Shown here: positions 1 to 12,861 of the stretch, piece by piece
Layout: every line of letters starts with the position of its first letter
How positions within the stretch are numbered: the first letter of the stretch is position 1
Source of the DNA: Felis catus
Lineage: Eukaryota
Assembly (NCBI RefSeq): GCF_018350175.1
Contig: NC_058368.1
Location: forward strand, 231,634,001 to 231,698,000
Length of the DNA stretch: 64,000 nucleotides
Reading direction: 5' to 3'
Made by a program: the position numbers and the translations under genes
The notes under the pieces: model-generated
Told to the model about the DNA's origin: nothing
Seen by the model: only the letters and a program-made list of their open reading frames with translations
Databases searched by the model: none

Positions 1-196
1 ATACATAAACCACATCTTTATCCATTCAGCAGTTGATGGACATTTGGGCTCTCTCCATAATTTGGCTATTGTTGATAGCGCTGCTATAAACATTGGGGTG
101 CCTGTGCCCCTGTGAGTCAGCACTCCTGTATCTACTCCTGAAGCCAAGAGCACACCGTATACACTATATGCTAGCTAACTTGACAATAAGTTATAT

Positions 197-228
<32 letters not shown>

Positions 229-229
229 A
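1..229. mobile_element. Carnivore LINE-1 3' end with 5' inversion (antisense ORF2-end segment 1-130 joined to sense 3'UTR/tail 131-229); continues off the left edge
   Basis: 1-130 resembles the minus-strand L1s at 28365-28500 and 36760-36885. 131-200 resembles the L1 3' terminus (TACTCCTGAAGCCAAGAGCACAC...GCTAACTTGACAATAA), followed by an (AAAT)n tail. Confidence 0.8.
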
Positions 230-487
230 GGGGTGCCTGGGTGGCTCAGTTGGTTAAGCGTCCGACTTCAGCTCAGGTCACGATCTCACGGTCCGTGAGT
301 TCGAGCCCCGCGTCGGGCTCTGGGCTGATGGCTCAGAGCCTGGAGTCTGCTTCTGATTCTGTGTCTCCTTGTCTCTCTGCCCGTTCATGCTCTGTCTCTC
401 TCTGTCTCAAAAATAAATAAACGTTAAAAAAAATTAAAAAAAATAATAAATAATAAATAAATAAATAAACAAACAAATAAAATAAAA
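230..487 (+). mobile_element. Can-SINE (SINEC_Fc-type) inserted in the L1 tail
   Basis: GGGGTGCCTGGGTGGCTCAG head, B-box GTTCGAGCC, (CT)n tract, AATAAA-rich tail. Confidence 0.95.
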
Positions 488-3187
488 CTTTTAACTCTGA
501 AAAAAAAACGTGTAGCCAGCCTTGAGAACAACTCATATCCTTTGGGATATTGCCCTTTGTTAACCTGGCGTGAATCAGAAAGAGTGTGACAACAGAAGGA
601 ACGCCAGGGGATCAGGTTCTGGACCCAGCTGTATGACAAGGTGAGCAACCTTCAACAATGCATGTAATCTCTTTGGAATCCACTTCCCTTTTCTGGAACA
701 TGAAAGCACCGTACTGGATAAATTAAGAGGTTTGTTTCTTATTCTAACAGTCTATTAATTAAATATAAAAAAACAGTTTTGCATTGATGAGTTCATTGGA
801 AATGGTTTCTACAACAGTGTTTTTAGTAGAATAATAGATTATGCACTCTTCGATGCAGCTAACTTGTATTTGGCTGGCTTCGTTTATCAAAGATTCCTAC
901 ACATGGCTAATTCTGGAGGATCCTTTTAACCCACTGTTGGAAGCGGGGATTCCATCTTTTCATTATCATGAATCAGTGGGATGCATCAGCCATGAATAAA
1001 GATGCCTTGCTGTGAAAAAATAAATAGATAAATAAAATGCAATGTCTGCCCAAAGGAGAGTCTCGTGAAGGGAAACAAGTATAGGCTACGAGGGGATTGT
1101 CATGGGAAACAAGGGGATGAAAACATGACAGCCTGAAGGGGAAATAACTTTTCCTTTAACTCTGATTTGAAGCCAAATGCTGCTTGAATCAAAGCCGGCT
1201 GTCCCCCAGAGCTGAGTCTGCCACCACGCAGGGGATGAGTGTCGTGTGCCCCAGGTGGAGGGAGACTTCGATTTTTTGCAAGAAACAACAGTCTTCCACA
1301 CGCAGAGTTTTTGGTGTGTTTTCCAATGACACGGTTTTCAAGGACTTCTAGGCCCCTCCCTTCTCTTGGTTAAGGATGGAGCTTGGAATACTCCCACACA
1401 AGAGGGAAATTTAGGGCTTTTTATTTGTAGGGCAAACAACCATCCCGAATTTCAGGGTCTGAGAGGTCTCCTGGGATGCAGGACTTCCAGGGTAACACCC
1501 ACAGTTGGGTCATCTTGCTCAGAAGAGACAGGAGGCTGCATCAGGTTCTACGTGTGAGCCTGGCTGGTGGCGTCACCTCCCTACCCTGAAGCTGAAGTTC
1601 TCCCCAAGGCGGTGGGTGAGGTGACACATCCCTGCATCCCTGCGGGAGTGGCCAGCTGGGTGGGCACATAGGTGGGTGCGAGCAGTGGGTCCGTGTGAAG
1701 AGTTTTGTCCCGAGTGGAGGGCCATGGAAGATACATCATCAGGTCGGCAGGCATCTGGATGCTTACCACGGGGTCTTGTCAAAATTCAGTCATTCTACTG
1801 CACTGCAATACTCAACCTGTCATCTGAAAACACCTTCGATGTCTGTGTCAATGTGCCTGACACGCCTCACGTTTGCCTCCTTTGCTGTGTAAAGTTGACA
1901 CTGGTTCTTGAAGAGTAACACGGATGTTCCAGGCAGCCCCCGACAGCTCTGTTGAGGCTGATTTGTCTACCTGCCCACAGGGTCGGTTCACAGGAATCCC
2001 AGGCGGTGGACAGAGGTGAGGAGGTGAGGACATTTGGACAGTGGGGTGGAACGAGGAAGTACCTGCAATGCCTGACCTCCAACTTTCCAACTGTGGAATC
2101 ATTTGCAAATAGAATGGCAGCTATGGATCCTCTCACCATAAAATGGCACTACTTACGTTTACCCTAAATTTGGCACACAAGGTCAGGATTCCCCGTGAGG
2201 CCCATCCATTGTCCACTGGGTACAGGCATCAAGTTATGGTCCCGGAAACAGAGCCTGGGGGCTCTGACAGGCTGGGTGGGGTTCCCAGATGAGCACAGGG
2301 GAAACCAGAGGGGAGAAATGTGAAGAAAGGGCCTAAAAAGTGTTCCCACTCTGTCTGGGGTCAGTCCTCCAATGGCTGAGTATAACCAGGGAAGGCGGGT
2401 TATACATGAACCCCTGGAATGGCTGCATCTTCTAAGTTCTGAAGTTGCCACGTGAAATCTTCCCAGGGCTCCTGCTTCCCAGTCTTGGCCACGTTTTTCT
2501 GATGGAGGACTAAGGCAACGAAGGCTTGATGCTAGGGTGCTAAGAATAGGGGCCATGTGTGTGGAGTACCCACCTTGTATACGCACCGTGCTAAGCCCTT
2601 CTCGTGTTAAAGGGCTTTTAGCTTTGAAGCCATTATTTTTCTCTCCAGCCTCAAGGGGGAAAATTCTAGAAATGGAGTAGTCTTAGCTGTGAAGTCCAAG
2701 GACACTTGACAATGATTAAGTAAAGCGCTGTGCCTTCAGATTTCGAGTGGACATTGAGAAGGTCCAGAGTACAAATTGCTTTCAGTTGCTGTAGAAAACA
2801 CTGATTAGGTATGCCAGTGGACACGCTTTGAGAACCCCCAACTGCTAAAAATATTATCATTATATTACTATTGAGTGTAAGTTGAATGGTTGCAACCTAG
2901 ACACTACACCAAAAAAGATAGTCTTCAAGGTGGTAGGGGCTTTAAAATTCGCTGCAATACTGAGATCATTCTTTCTCCCTCCAAATGGCTATGAAGGAAA
3001 GGAAAGCAACCCTACTTGGCTTTCAAAGCAAAATGTGATGCCTTTCTGAGTCTATTTGAGGTATATAGTAGTTGAGATTGAAAAAAATCAGTAAAGATTT
3101 TGTCTCAAAAAACTATTTAAAATAATTTCTGTATAAACCAATGCTCAGTTTTTAAAGTTGCAAAGCAATTTTTAAAATATTTGTTTA

Positions 3188-5187
3188 TGGCAAAGATGAA
3201 GTCAGGCTTTCGCTTTTTGCAGATGACATGATATTATACATGGAAAATCCGATAGACTCCACCAAAAGTCTGCTAGAACTGATACATGAATTCAGCAAAG
3301 TTGCAGGATACAAAATCAATGTACAGAAATCAGTTGCATTCTTATACACTAACAATGAAGCAACAGAAAGACAAATAAAGAAACTGATCCCATTCACAAT
3401 TGCACCAAGAAGCATAAAATACCTAGGAATAAATCTAACCAAAGATGTAAAGGATCTGTATGATGAAAACTATAGAAAGCTTATGAAGGTAATTGAAGAA
3501 GATTTAAAGAAATGGAAAGACATTCCCTGCTCATGGATTGGAAAAATAAATATTGTCAAAATGTCAATACTACCCAAAGCTATCTACACATTCAATGCAA
3601 TCCCAATCAAAATTGCACCAGCATTCTTCTCGAAACTAGAACAAGCAATCCTAAAATTCATATGGAACCACAAAAGGCCCCGAATAGCCAAAGGAATTTT
3701 GAAGAAGAAGACCAAAGCAGGAGGCATCACAATCCCAGACTTTAGCCTCTACTACAAAGCTGTCATCATCAAGACAGCATGGTATTGGCACAAAAACAGA
3801 CACATAGACCAATGGAATAGAATAGAAACCCCAGAACTAGACCCACAAATGTATGGCCAACTCATATTTGACAAAGCAGGAAAGAACATCCAATGGAAAA
3901 AAGACAGCCTCTTTAACAAATGGTGCTGGGAGAACTGGACAGCAACATGCAGAAGGTTGAAACTAGACCACTTTCTCACACCATTCACAAAAATAAACTC
4001 AAAATGGATAAAGGACCTGAATGTGAGACAGGAAACCATCAAAACCCTAGAGGAGAAAGCAGGAAAAGACCTCTCTGACCTCAGCCGTAGCAATCTCTTA
4101 CTCGACGCATCCCCAAAGGCAAGGGAATTAAAAGCAAAAGTGAATTACTGGGACCTTATGAAGATAAAAAGCTTCTGCACAGCAAAGGAAACAACCAACA
4201 AAACTAAAAGGCAACCAACGGAATGGGAAAAGATATTTGCAAATGACATATCGGACAAAGGGCTAGTATCCAAAATCTATAAAGAGCTCACCAAACTCCA
4301 CACCCGAAAAACAAATAACCCAGTGAAGAAATGGGCAGAAAACATGAATAGACATTTCTCTAAAGAAGACATCCGGATGGCCAACAGGCACATGAAAAGA
4401 TGTTCAGCGTCGCTCCTTATCAGGGAAATACAAATCAAAACCACACTCAGGTATCACCTCACGCCAGTCAGAGTGGCCAAAATGAACAAATCAGGAGACT
4501 ATAGATGCTGGAGAGGATGTGGAGAAACGGGAACCCTCTTGCACTGTTGGTGGGAATGCAAATTGGTGCAGCCGCTCTGGAAAGCAGTGTGGAGGTTCCT
4601 CAGAAAATTAAAAATAGACCTACCCTATGACCCAGCAATAGCACTGCTAGGAATTTACCCAAGGGATACAGGAGTGCTGATACATAGGGGCACTTGTACC
4701 CCAATGTTCATAGCAGCACTCTCAACAATAGCCAAATTATGGAAAGAGCCTAAATGTCCATCAACTGATGAATGGATAAAGAAATTGTGGTTTATATACA
4801 CAATGGAATACTACGTGGCAATGAGAAAAAATGAAATATGGCCTTTTGTAGCAACGTGGATGGAACTGGAGAGTGTGATGCTAAGTGAAATAAGCCATAC
4901 AGAGAAAGACAGATACCATATGGTTTCACTCTTATGTGGATCCTGAGAAACTTAACAGGAACCCATGGGGGAGGGGAAGGAAAAAAAAAAAAGAGGTTAG
5001 AGTGGGAGAGAGCCAAAGCATAAGAGACTGTTAAAAACTGAGAACAAACTGAGGGTTGATGGGGGGTGGGAGGGAGGAGAGGGTGGGTGATGGGTATTGA
5101 AGAGGGCACCTTTTGGGATGAGCACTGGGTGTTGTATGGAAACCAATTTGACAATAAATTTCATATATTAAAAAAATAAAATAAAAT
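3188..5187 (+). mobile_element. Young 5'-truncated felid LINE-1
   Basis: Uninterrupted ORF2 frame, G-rich 3'UTR and A-rich tail. Perfect TSD AAAATATTTGTTTA at 3174-3187 and 5188-5201; TTTT/AAAA endonuclease site. Confidence 0.97.
3228..4946 (+). CDS. LINE-1 ORF2p C-terminal fragment (RT C-terminal part to CCHC domain), 572 aa; 5'-truncated and non-autonomous
   Basis: The frame is open from 3189 ([14 protein letters not shown], the RT F/YADD motif). It contains [29 protein letters not shown] and the knuckle [18 protein letters not shown], with no stops or frameshifts. Confidence 0.9.
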   Translation: MILYMENPIDSTKSLLELIHEFSKVAGYKINVQKSVAFLYTNNEATERQIKKLIPFTIAPRSIKYLGINLTKDVKDLYDENYRKLMKVIEEDLKKWKDIPCSWIGKINIVKMSILPKAIYTFNAIPIKIAPAFFSKLEQAILKFIWNHKRPRIAKGILKKKTKAGGITIPDFSLYYKAVIIKTAWYWHKNRHIDQWNRIETPELDPQMYGQLIFDKAGKNIQWKKDSLFNKWCWENWTATCRRLKLDHFLTPFTKINSKWIKDLNVRQETIKTLEEKAGKDLSDLSRSNLLLDASPKARELKAKVNYWDLMKIKSFCTAKETTNKTKRQPTEWEKIFANDISDKGLVSKIYKELTKLHTRKTNNPVKKWAENMNRHFSKEDIRMANRHMKRCSASLLIREIQIKTTLRYHLTPVRVAKMNKSGDYRCWRGCGETGTLLHCWWECKLVQPLWKAVWRFLRKLKIDLPYDPAIALLGIYPRDTGVLIHRGTCTPMFIAALSTIAKLWKEPKCPSTDEWIKKLWFIYTMEYYVAMRKNEIWPFVATWMELESVMLSEISHTEKDRYHMVSLLCGS

Positions 5188-7357
5188 AAAATATTTGTTT
5201 AACTCTTCACGTTAAATAAGACTCACATAAACAACCAACGAAACTCGGAAACTCAGTTGGTTAAATTCCCTTAAGCATTTAAAAACTCTGTTCTCAAAAT
5301 TTGATACATCTGAAGCGCCTTTAATTCCTGTCAGGACAGACTTACAAACCCAGCAAGCGAATTCTTTCTAAGCACTTAGCTCTTATAAATGTATAGGTGG
5401 ATAAATCAGGTTGTCTGCCAACTTAATCAAATTCTCTTATTCCTTTCAACCTAAAACCACAAGTCTACAATCAACTGAGAATTTCAAATCACACCCCCAG
5501 GCTGCTATGTCATATACTCTAGTGTGCTGAAATCCCATGTATGTTTCTAGTGACTTAACATGACACATATTTTGTTAAACGATGATTGCGTCGTTTATTC
5601 CTCAATTCTACACCAAAGTATTAATACTGTGGGTTAGAGTGGCTTCATTATCTCTAAGTTTTTGATTCACCTTCCTGATTACCAAGTTTTCTCAGTAGTC
5701 CGGAGGGAGCCAGCTTGCATCTGAGGCACAGTTCTGGAATGTGACTCAAGACCCAGTTTTCGTTCCCAAAGTTTGGACCCAGACCCAGCATCTGGGCACC
5801 ACATTCAGAATGATGTGCTCACAGGGTGATAGATAGGACCTCTCAACGCCTTACTTCTCATACCTCCTGATGTTTTATGCTGTCTCCCTACCCAGTCTTT
5901 AAAAATAGCAACCTAATCATTCACAATTTTAAATTCCCTGACTTAAGTTGATGAGACCCTGCACCCCCTCAGGGTTGCATCTGGTTTCTCGCCTGTCTGA
6001 CCACGTTGTGCATCCAAAGGCCAAAGAGCTCCTCACCCCCCAGACTGCAGGCTTGCTCACGGCCTGCACTGAGAACCACAGCAGCCTGTCTACACCACAG
6101 GTGCGTATATGGTATTCGGGATGATTTTATCGTGTCTTTCGAGGGCTGCTTTACTTTACTACTACACTCTCGCAAGCTCATACTCTCCCTCTCCATCTGT
6201 TCCTAAGGTTTTCCCATTTGCAGTCTTTGGTTTCCTTTGAAGTGATCAAAGCCTAGTTTTCTCTTTGTTACTTGAGTTGAAAGAACTACCTTTTTCTGAT
6301 TATCCCTTAACACCACAGAGAGTACTGAGTTGTTTTGAAAACAAAAATTCCCTAACACGAATCTTTTATTCCCTTTTATCTTTACTTACCTTATGTAACT
6401 CTTAATTTCTAAGATGTAGCTTAATACATATCCCATATCCCTTAGCCCCCAACGACTCCCCCCAAAAAACCTACAAAGGAAAAAAAAACAATGCCTCTAC
6501 TCTTAATGGTGAGCTCTATTTCTGTTCTCTCTTTTCAGGATTTAGTCCCCTGCAGTCTCTTGATTGCCCTCACGCTGTATTCGACACAGGCTGGAGGAAA
6601 GTGTGTTTCATGAAGGTAGTTTCTCGTGCTCTGCTATCCCCCGCAGCACAGCGAAGAGGTTTGAGCTTCTCACTATAAGCTGCGGGATGGTCTTTCACTT
6701 CCAAGAACATACAGTTGGATTGGAGGTAAAATGGCTATTTTTTTTTTTTTTTTTTTTTTTTGGTATCAGAATATCTCTAGTTTAAAGATGAAAAGTAGAA
6801 CTGGGTGGAGGAAGAAAGATCATATAGGGGCGTTCATCGTCTTACTCCCAGTGAATCCTATTTTTTATCTCCCAAAGTAGAAGTCAAGATTCATGTACAG
6901 ATGCTTTTTTCATTACACATACCACTTTCCCCATGAGATTAATGAGCACTGCCACGTTTCGCCTCCGTTGCCAAGCAGGAGGAGTCATTAGGGAACGTCC
7001 CAGAGACGTAGTATTGACACCTGAGCGAAGAAATATGGGGGAGCCAATGTTCATCCTATCTTTTGAATTTTTTATCCTTTTGGATGAAATTTTGGATGAA
7101 TTTTTTATCTTGTTGTCAGTAGCTTCAGCGAAAGCGATTTTTTTTTTTCACTTCAGAAGTCTGGGTGATGGTTGCCAACATTTGTAACCCAACTCAAGAT
7201 GGTTAGACATTTCAAAGGTAGAATACGTGAAGGTCTACTTGTTTTAATAATAATGCCATCCTCTCAGATGTTTATAGATGCCCAGATAAACAGATGGGCT
7301 CATTCTATATCTATGACCCTGACAACCCAAGAGGCTTTTAAGAGTGGCAGAGGGTCA

Positions 7358-7570
7358 GGGGCGCCTGGGGGGCTCAGTTGGTCGAGTGTCCGGCTTCAGC
7401 TCAGGTCACGATCTCGCGGTCCGTGGGTTTGAGCCCCGTGTCGGGCTCTGCGCGGACAGCTCGGAGCCTGGAGCCTGCTTCGGATTCTGGGTCTCCCTCT
7501 CTCTGCCCCTCCCACTCATGCTTGCTGTCACTCTGTCTCTCTCTGTCAAAAATAAATAAACATTAAGGAA
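7358..7570 (+). mobile_element. Can-SINE (host of two nested SINEs)
   Basis: Typical head and CT tract. TSD TGGCAGAGG(G/T)TC at 7345-7356 and 8050-8061 encloses all three SINEs. Confidence 0.93.
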
Positions 7571-7571
7571 A

Positions 7572-7795
7572 TTTTTTTTTAATTTTTTTTTTCAACGTTT
7601 ATTTATTTTTGGGACAGAGAGAGACAGAGCATGAACGGGGGAGGGGCAGAGAGAGAGGGAGACACAGAATCCGAAACAGGCTCCAGGCTCTGAGCCATCA
7701 GCCCAGAGCCCGACGCGGAGCTCGAACTCACAGACTGCGAGATTGTGACCTGGCTGAAGCCGGACGCTTAACCGACTGCGCCACCCAGGCGCCCC
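7572..7795 (-). mobile_element. Young SINEC_Fc-type SINE
   Basis: Reverse complement of GGGGCGCCTGGGTGGCGCAGTCGG...; flanked by the AAGGAAATTTTTTTTT duplication. Confidence 0.95.
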
Positions 7796-7802
7796 AAGGA
7801 AA

Positions 7803-8031
7803 TTTTTTTTTTTAATTTTTTTTTTCAACATTTATTTATTTTTTTGGGGACAGAGAGAGACAGAGCATGAACGGGGCAGGGGCAGAGAGAGAGGGAGACA
7901 CAGAATCGGAAACAGGCTCCAGGCTCTGAGCCATCAGCCCAGAGCCCGACGCGGGGCTCGAACTCACGGACCGCGAGATCGTGACCTGGCTGAAGTCGGA
8001 CGCTTAACCGACTGCGCCACCCAGGCGCCCC
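7803..8031 (-). mobile_element. Young SINEC_Fc-type SINE
   Basis: Very similar to the 7572-7795 copy, CpGs largely intact; flanked by GGAAA(A)TTTTTTTTT. Confidence 0.95.
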
Positions 8032-9499
8032 CGGAAAATTTTTTTTTAATGGCAGAGGTTCGCCATCTCGTCAAAATCACTATGTGTGAATATGAATGTT
8101 CATGCACATATGCACATATATCTCGACATACATATGTGTGGAGACATGCACATATATGAAACTCTCTTAAAGTATGCCGCTTTAACTACCTGTGCAAAAA
8201 CAAATATCATCAATTATACATATGTAGTGAAAAAAAATCCTTAAATGACCTCAGAGAAAAATGATACTAATACCAAAACAAATATCATTCCCAAAATCCT
8301 GCCCATTGGTGGCAATATTTTTACTGCTTATTTTCTGATGTAATTTTAGTCTTCCCTTACAAAAACCCTCATATGTCCCCATAAGGTGGAGACCCAATTT
8401 GGAAGTTGAAGAAGACAAACTAAATTCAGATGACATAGTCTCTCATAAGTTGGTTCAAGTGTGGAAATAAAAAAATCACCAACTTCCCTCCCCCAGGTGT
8501 GCTTGAAAAATATTTTGTGGTGCCCAAATTTAGCAAACCCCAGTGCTTCAAGGAACCCAGTTTGAAACTCCTGATTTTGGTTTGTTTACCTACCCTCAAA
8601 TGATATAAGATAAAAGGCATTCTATTTTAAATTATAAATAATCTGTACCTCTTTAGGGAGAGAAAATAAACTAAAAACCATTCTAAACATGTGCTCAAAA
8701 AATGAACACACCTTGTCTCTGCATAGTAAGATTCATTTTATAAAGAGCATCTCTGTAAACCTCAGAATCCCATGAAGTGTGGAGGGAGGCTGGTATCATT
8801 TTTAAGCCCATTTAACAGAACAGGGCACCAAGGCTTGGGGCGTTTAGCTGCTTTATTTAGGGTTAAAGAAGAGATGATCTGGGTCTTTGGACTTTTAAGT
8901 TAGTGTGGTTTCCCCGTATCACATGTGCGTGGGCTGTTTACACATGAACTTGCAATCAGATCGAATCCCGAGTCCTCATTCCGCTGCTCAGTCCTATCAG
9001 CCTCGCTCCTATCAGCTCTAAACCCTGTGCAACACATCTTTCTCTCTCCTGCCCCTAATTTGAGTCCTATTTATACAGTGGCCCGAGTGAAGGTGAGGAC
9101 TCAGGAGCTCACAGGAGAGCTTGCCAGTTCTGCTCCCAGCTCACAAACAGACCTCCCTTCCGCTCCCCGCTGCACTCCCCCAGCCCCCTGAATGGGAAGC
9201 CCCACCCAGGTTACACATCAGTCAAGTGCCCCAAACTAAATGAATCTCCGAGAGCGAGGCCCAGGCTTCAGTATTGTTAAAAAACTTCTCCAGGTGATTT
9301 TCACTGTGGCCAGGGTTAAGATATCCAATCTGTCCTTGTCACTCTTGCCGAAGGAGATAACTCTTCCCTCTTGCCCTATTGGCTGGAGCTCCAGCATGCA
9401 GGAAGGAGTGGGTGTCAGCCCATTGTCTCCATGACCCGCGTGCATGCATCTGTGTGTTCACTCTGTTATGATGCACTTACCAGCTATGACATCGACGTT

Positions 9500-9670
9500 A
9501 CTTAGAATACTACTTATCATGCTGAAATGGGCATGGGGATCACCTGAAGATCCTGTTAATGTTCCCAGTCAGTGGGTCTTGGTTGGGGACGGCAATTTGT
9601 ATGGCTAAACCAGCTCCCAGGGGGCATCAATAGCTGTGAACCGCAGGCCACACTTTGAGGAGCAAAGATG
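9500..9670. mobile_element. MER5-like hAT-Charlie relic
   Basis: GGATCACCTGAAGATCCTGTTAA...GGCCACACTTTGAGGAGCAA resembles the recalled MER5A consensus. Confidence 0.55.
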
Positions 9671-9728
9671 TAGAACATCGAACTGATCAGTCAGTCTCAT
9701 TTTACATGCACATACATATACGCACAAG

Positions 9729-10860
9729 TACTCTATTTCGTTGATTGTAATAGACATTTTTTCCACATTTCAACAAATGTGCGATTGAAATGCATCTTGC
9801 AAACAATGATGGCTTAGGCTTGCTGTTGACCAGGAGACCGCAGACGCGGTTCCTGTTGCCTCTGTGCGGTGTGCGGGTAGACTCAGTCCTAGCCTTCGTC
9901 CTGGCTGTCTTATTGATGGCGCTTTGATAAGTTATGAGTGTGTTGTAGCTACAGGATTGAGTTTAACTGACACTTAAAATAGCTCCAAAAATTATATATG
10001 ATTTTTCCCTTAAAGAAAAAGCTATTAAATAAAAAGGCACGAAAACAGAGCAGCAGGGTATAAATGTATGTTGGTAGAGCGCATATGGCTCTTTGGTAGA
10101 ATGACTAGATTATCTAACTTACTGAAAAGTGACCATCAGAGGCTTAACGACAGATTGCAACATCTGTTTAAAATATCCGCTGCCCTTCCATTCGACCTCT
10201 CCCTCCAGGGCCCCTCCTTCCTGTACCTATCTGTGGGAGGAGCATACCCCACACCCAATACTGACACGCTTGGCCACGTGAGCATGAGTTAATGGCCTGG
10301 GAGTAGAGTGACGTATGTATTTCTCAGCACAAGCCACAGGAGCCACCACCACCCGTCTACTGTTTCTCTTCCCCTCTGCGCTGAGGACGGTGTGCCTCTG
10401 ATAGGAGCCCTGCCCTCAGCCCGGACCCCAGAATGAAGGCCTGTGGAGCAGAGCCACAGCCAACCTGCAAAGCACATTTAACAGGAGCGAGAACTAAACC
10501 CTTTGCTGTTTTAAGCCCCATCGATTTAAGTGGTGTTTGTCACCATGGCACAACTTACCGAAAGCTGACCAAGAGAAGGATCTAAGAAAAGAAGTAGGTG
10601 AAAAGGAATTAGTACTGAGATATATGATATGCAGAAGGATTGCCTAGTGCAGGGCAACCCATGCGAGCAAAGGCAGGAGACATTGCCAGATCCCTGAGGA
10701 GAGAATAAAGGTGCTCAGAGTAAGGAGAGACTGGTGGGAACCATACAGGGCTCTAGTACCCAGACCGTCATTAAGGCATCCCGCTTCACTTACAAATTAT
10801 TTTTCTTAGTCGTTTGAAAGATAGAAGCGTGTCTTATAATCAGTGTTGTCTTGGAATCAT
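9729..10860. mobile_element. Tc2-type DNA transposon relic (Kanga/MER104-like), interrupted by a MaLR LTR
   Basis: Left end CTATTTCGTTGATTGTAATAGACATTTTTTCCACATTT...TGCATCTT and right end GCGTGTCTTATAATCAGTGTTGTCTTGGAATC resemble recalled Kanga/MER104 termini. Confidence 0.5.
10130..10572 (+). mobile_element. Old MLT1 (MaLR) LTR
   Basis: 3' end TAAACCCTTTGCTGTTTTAAGCC...GTTTGTCACCATGGCA...AGCTGACCAA is typical of MLT1. Confidence 0.6.
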
Positions 10861-12326
10861 GACCCAGTCACTGGTTCCAGTGGAGGCGCCATGTTGTATT
10901 TTGGTGTGTGTGTTGGGGCGGGGGTCTCGTCCCGTTCATACGCTCATCACTTGGGTGCCCCTTTCCCCAGCATTTTGATTTAAAGTCTGTCAAAGGATTT
11001 GTTCATTTCAAGGCTACCTAGTGAAGAAAAGGACCATGTGTAGGTGTATCCTCTAAATAAGGAATCAACTGGGCCATTTTTTAAGGCAAAATTGCCTGTG
11101 ATCAAGCTCTCCTGGCTCACAGGTCCATGCTCTTTTTTTGTTTTTCATTTGGATGGCCACCCTTTTTTTTTTAAGTTATAGTTTCATTTTTAAAAATTTA
11201 TGTATTTATTTATAATAAATTTTTAAAAATTTTTACTTAAATTCCAGTCTGTTAACATACAATGTAATATCAGCTTATGAGTACCATAGAGTGATTCAGT
11301 AATTCTATACATTACTTAGCGCTCATCATGGTAAGTGTGCTTTTTAATTTCCACCACCTCGTTGATCCATCCCCTGGACTCCTCCTTTCTGGTAACCATC
11401 AGTTTGTTCTCAAGAGTTAAGAGTCTCTTTCTTGGTTTGTCTCTTTCTCTCTCATTTTTTTTCCTTTGCTCGTTTGTTTTGTTTCTTAAAGTCTACATGT
11501 GAGTAAAATCATATGGCATTTGCTTTTCTCTGACTGACTTATTTTGCTTAGCTTAATACTCTGTGGCTCCGTCCATGTTATTGAAAATGGCAAGATTTCA
11601 TTCATTTTATGGCTGATTAATATTCCAGTGCACATACATACCATGTCTTCCTTATCCGCTCATCTATCAGTGGACACTTGGGCTGCTTCCATAAGTTGGC
11701 TGCTGGAAGTAATGCTGCAATAAACATAGGGGTGCATGCATCCCTTTGAACTAGTGTTTTTGTATTTTGGGGGGTAAATACCCAGCAGTGCAATACTGGA
11801 TCGTAGGGCAGTTCTATTTTTAATTTTTGGAGGAAACTCCATACTGTTTTCCATAGTGGCTGTGCCAGTTTTCATTCCCATCAGCAGTGCAAGAGGGCTC
11901 CCCTCTCTCCACATCCTCACCAACACTTGTTGTTTCTTACGTTGTTGATTTTAGCCATTGTGACAGGTGTGAGGTGATGTCTTATTGCGGTTTTGACTTG
12001 CATTTCTCTGATGATGAGTGATGTTGAACATTTTTTCATATATCTGTTGGCCATCTGTATGTATTCTTTGGAGAAATGTCTGTTCGTGTCTTCTGCCCAT
12101 TTTTTATTTGGAATATTTGTTTTTGGGGCGCTGAGTTTTATAAATTCTCTATATATTTTGAATACTAACCTTTATCAGATATGTCATTTGCAAATATCTT
12201 CTCCCGTTCCATAGGTTGCCTTTTAGTTTTTGATTGTTTCCTTCGCTGTGCAGAAGCTTTTTGTTTTGATATAGTTCCAATAGTTTATTTTTGCTTTTGT
12301 TTCCCTGGCCTTAAGAAACCTATCTA

Positions 12327-12539
12327 GGGGCGCCTGGGTGGCTCAGTCGGTTGAGCGACCGACTTCGGCTCAGGCCATGATCTCACGGTTTGTGAGTTCG
12401 AGCCCCGCATCAGGCTCTGTGCTGACAGCTCAGAGCCTGGAGCCTGCTTCAGATTCTGTGTCTCCCTCCCTCTCTGCCCCCTCCCCCCACTCTGTCTCTC
12501 TCTCCTTCAAAAATAAATAAACATTAAAAAAAGTTAAAA
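12327..12539 (+). mobile_element. Can-SINE nested in L1
   Basis: TSD AAGAAACCTATCTA at 12313-12326 and 12540-12553. Confidence 0.95.
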
Positions 12540-12750
12540 AAGAAACCTATCTAGAAAGAAGTTACTAGGGCTGATGTCAAAGAAATTACTGCCAGCATTG
12601 TTTTCTAGAATTTTTATGGTTTCAGGTCTCACATTTAGGTCTTAATCCATTTTGAAAATATTTTTGTGTATGGTGTCAGAAAGCTTCACCCTTTTTACAT
12701 GTTGCTGTCCAGTTTTCCCAACACCATTTGTTAAAGAGATGGTCTTTTTC

Positions 12751-12861
12751 GGGATATTATATGTACATGATGAATCACTAAATTCTGTTCCTAAACCAGT
12801 ACTACACTACAAATTAACTAACTTGAACTTAAATTATAAATAAATAAGTAAATAAATAAAT
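12751..12861 (+). mobile_element. Very short L1 3'-end insertion nested in L1
   Basis: GATGAATCACTAAATTCT...TAACTAACTTGAA plus (AAAT)n. TSD AAGAGA(TG/CC)GTCTTTTTC at 12734-12750 and 12862-12878. Confidence 0.8.
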
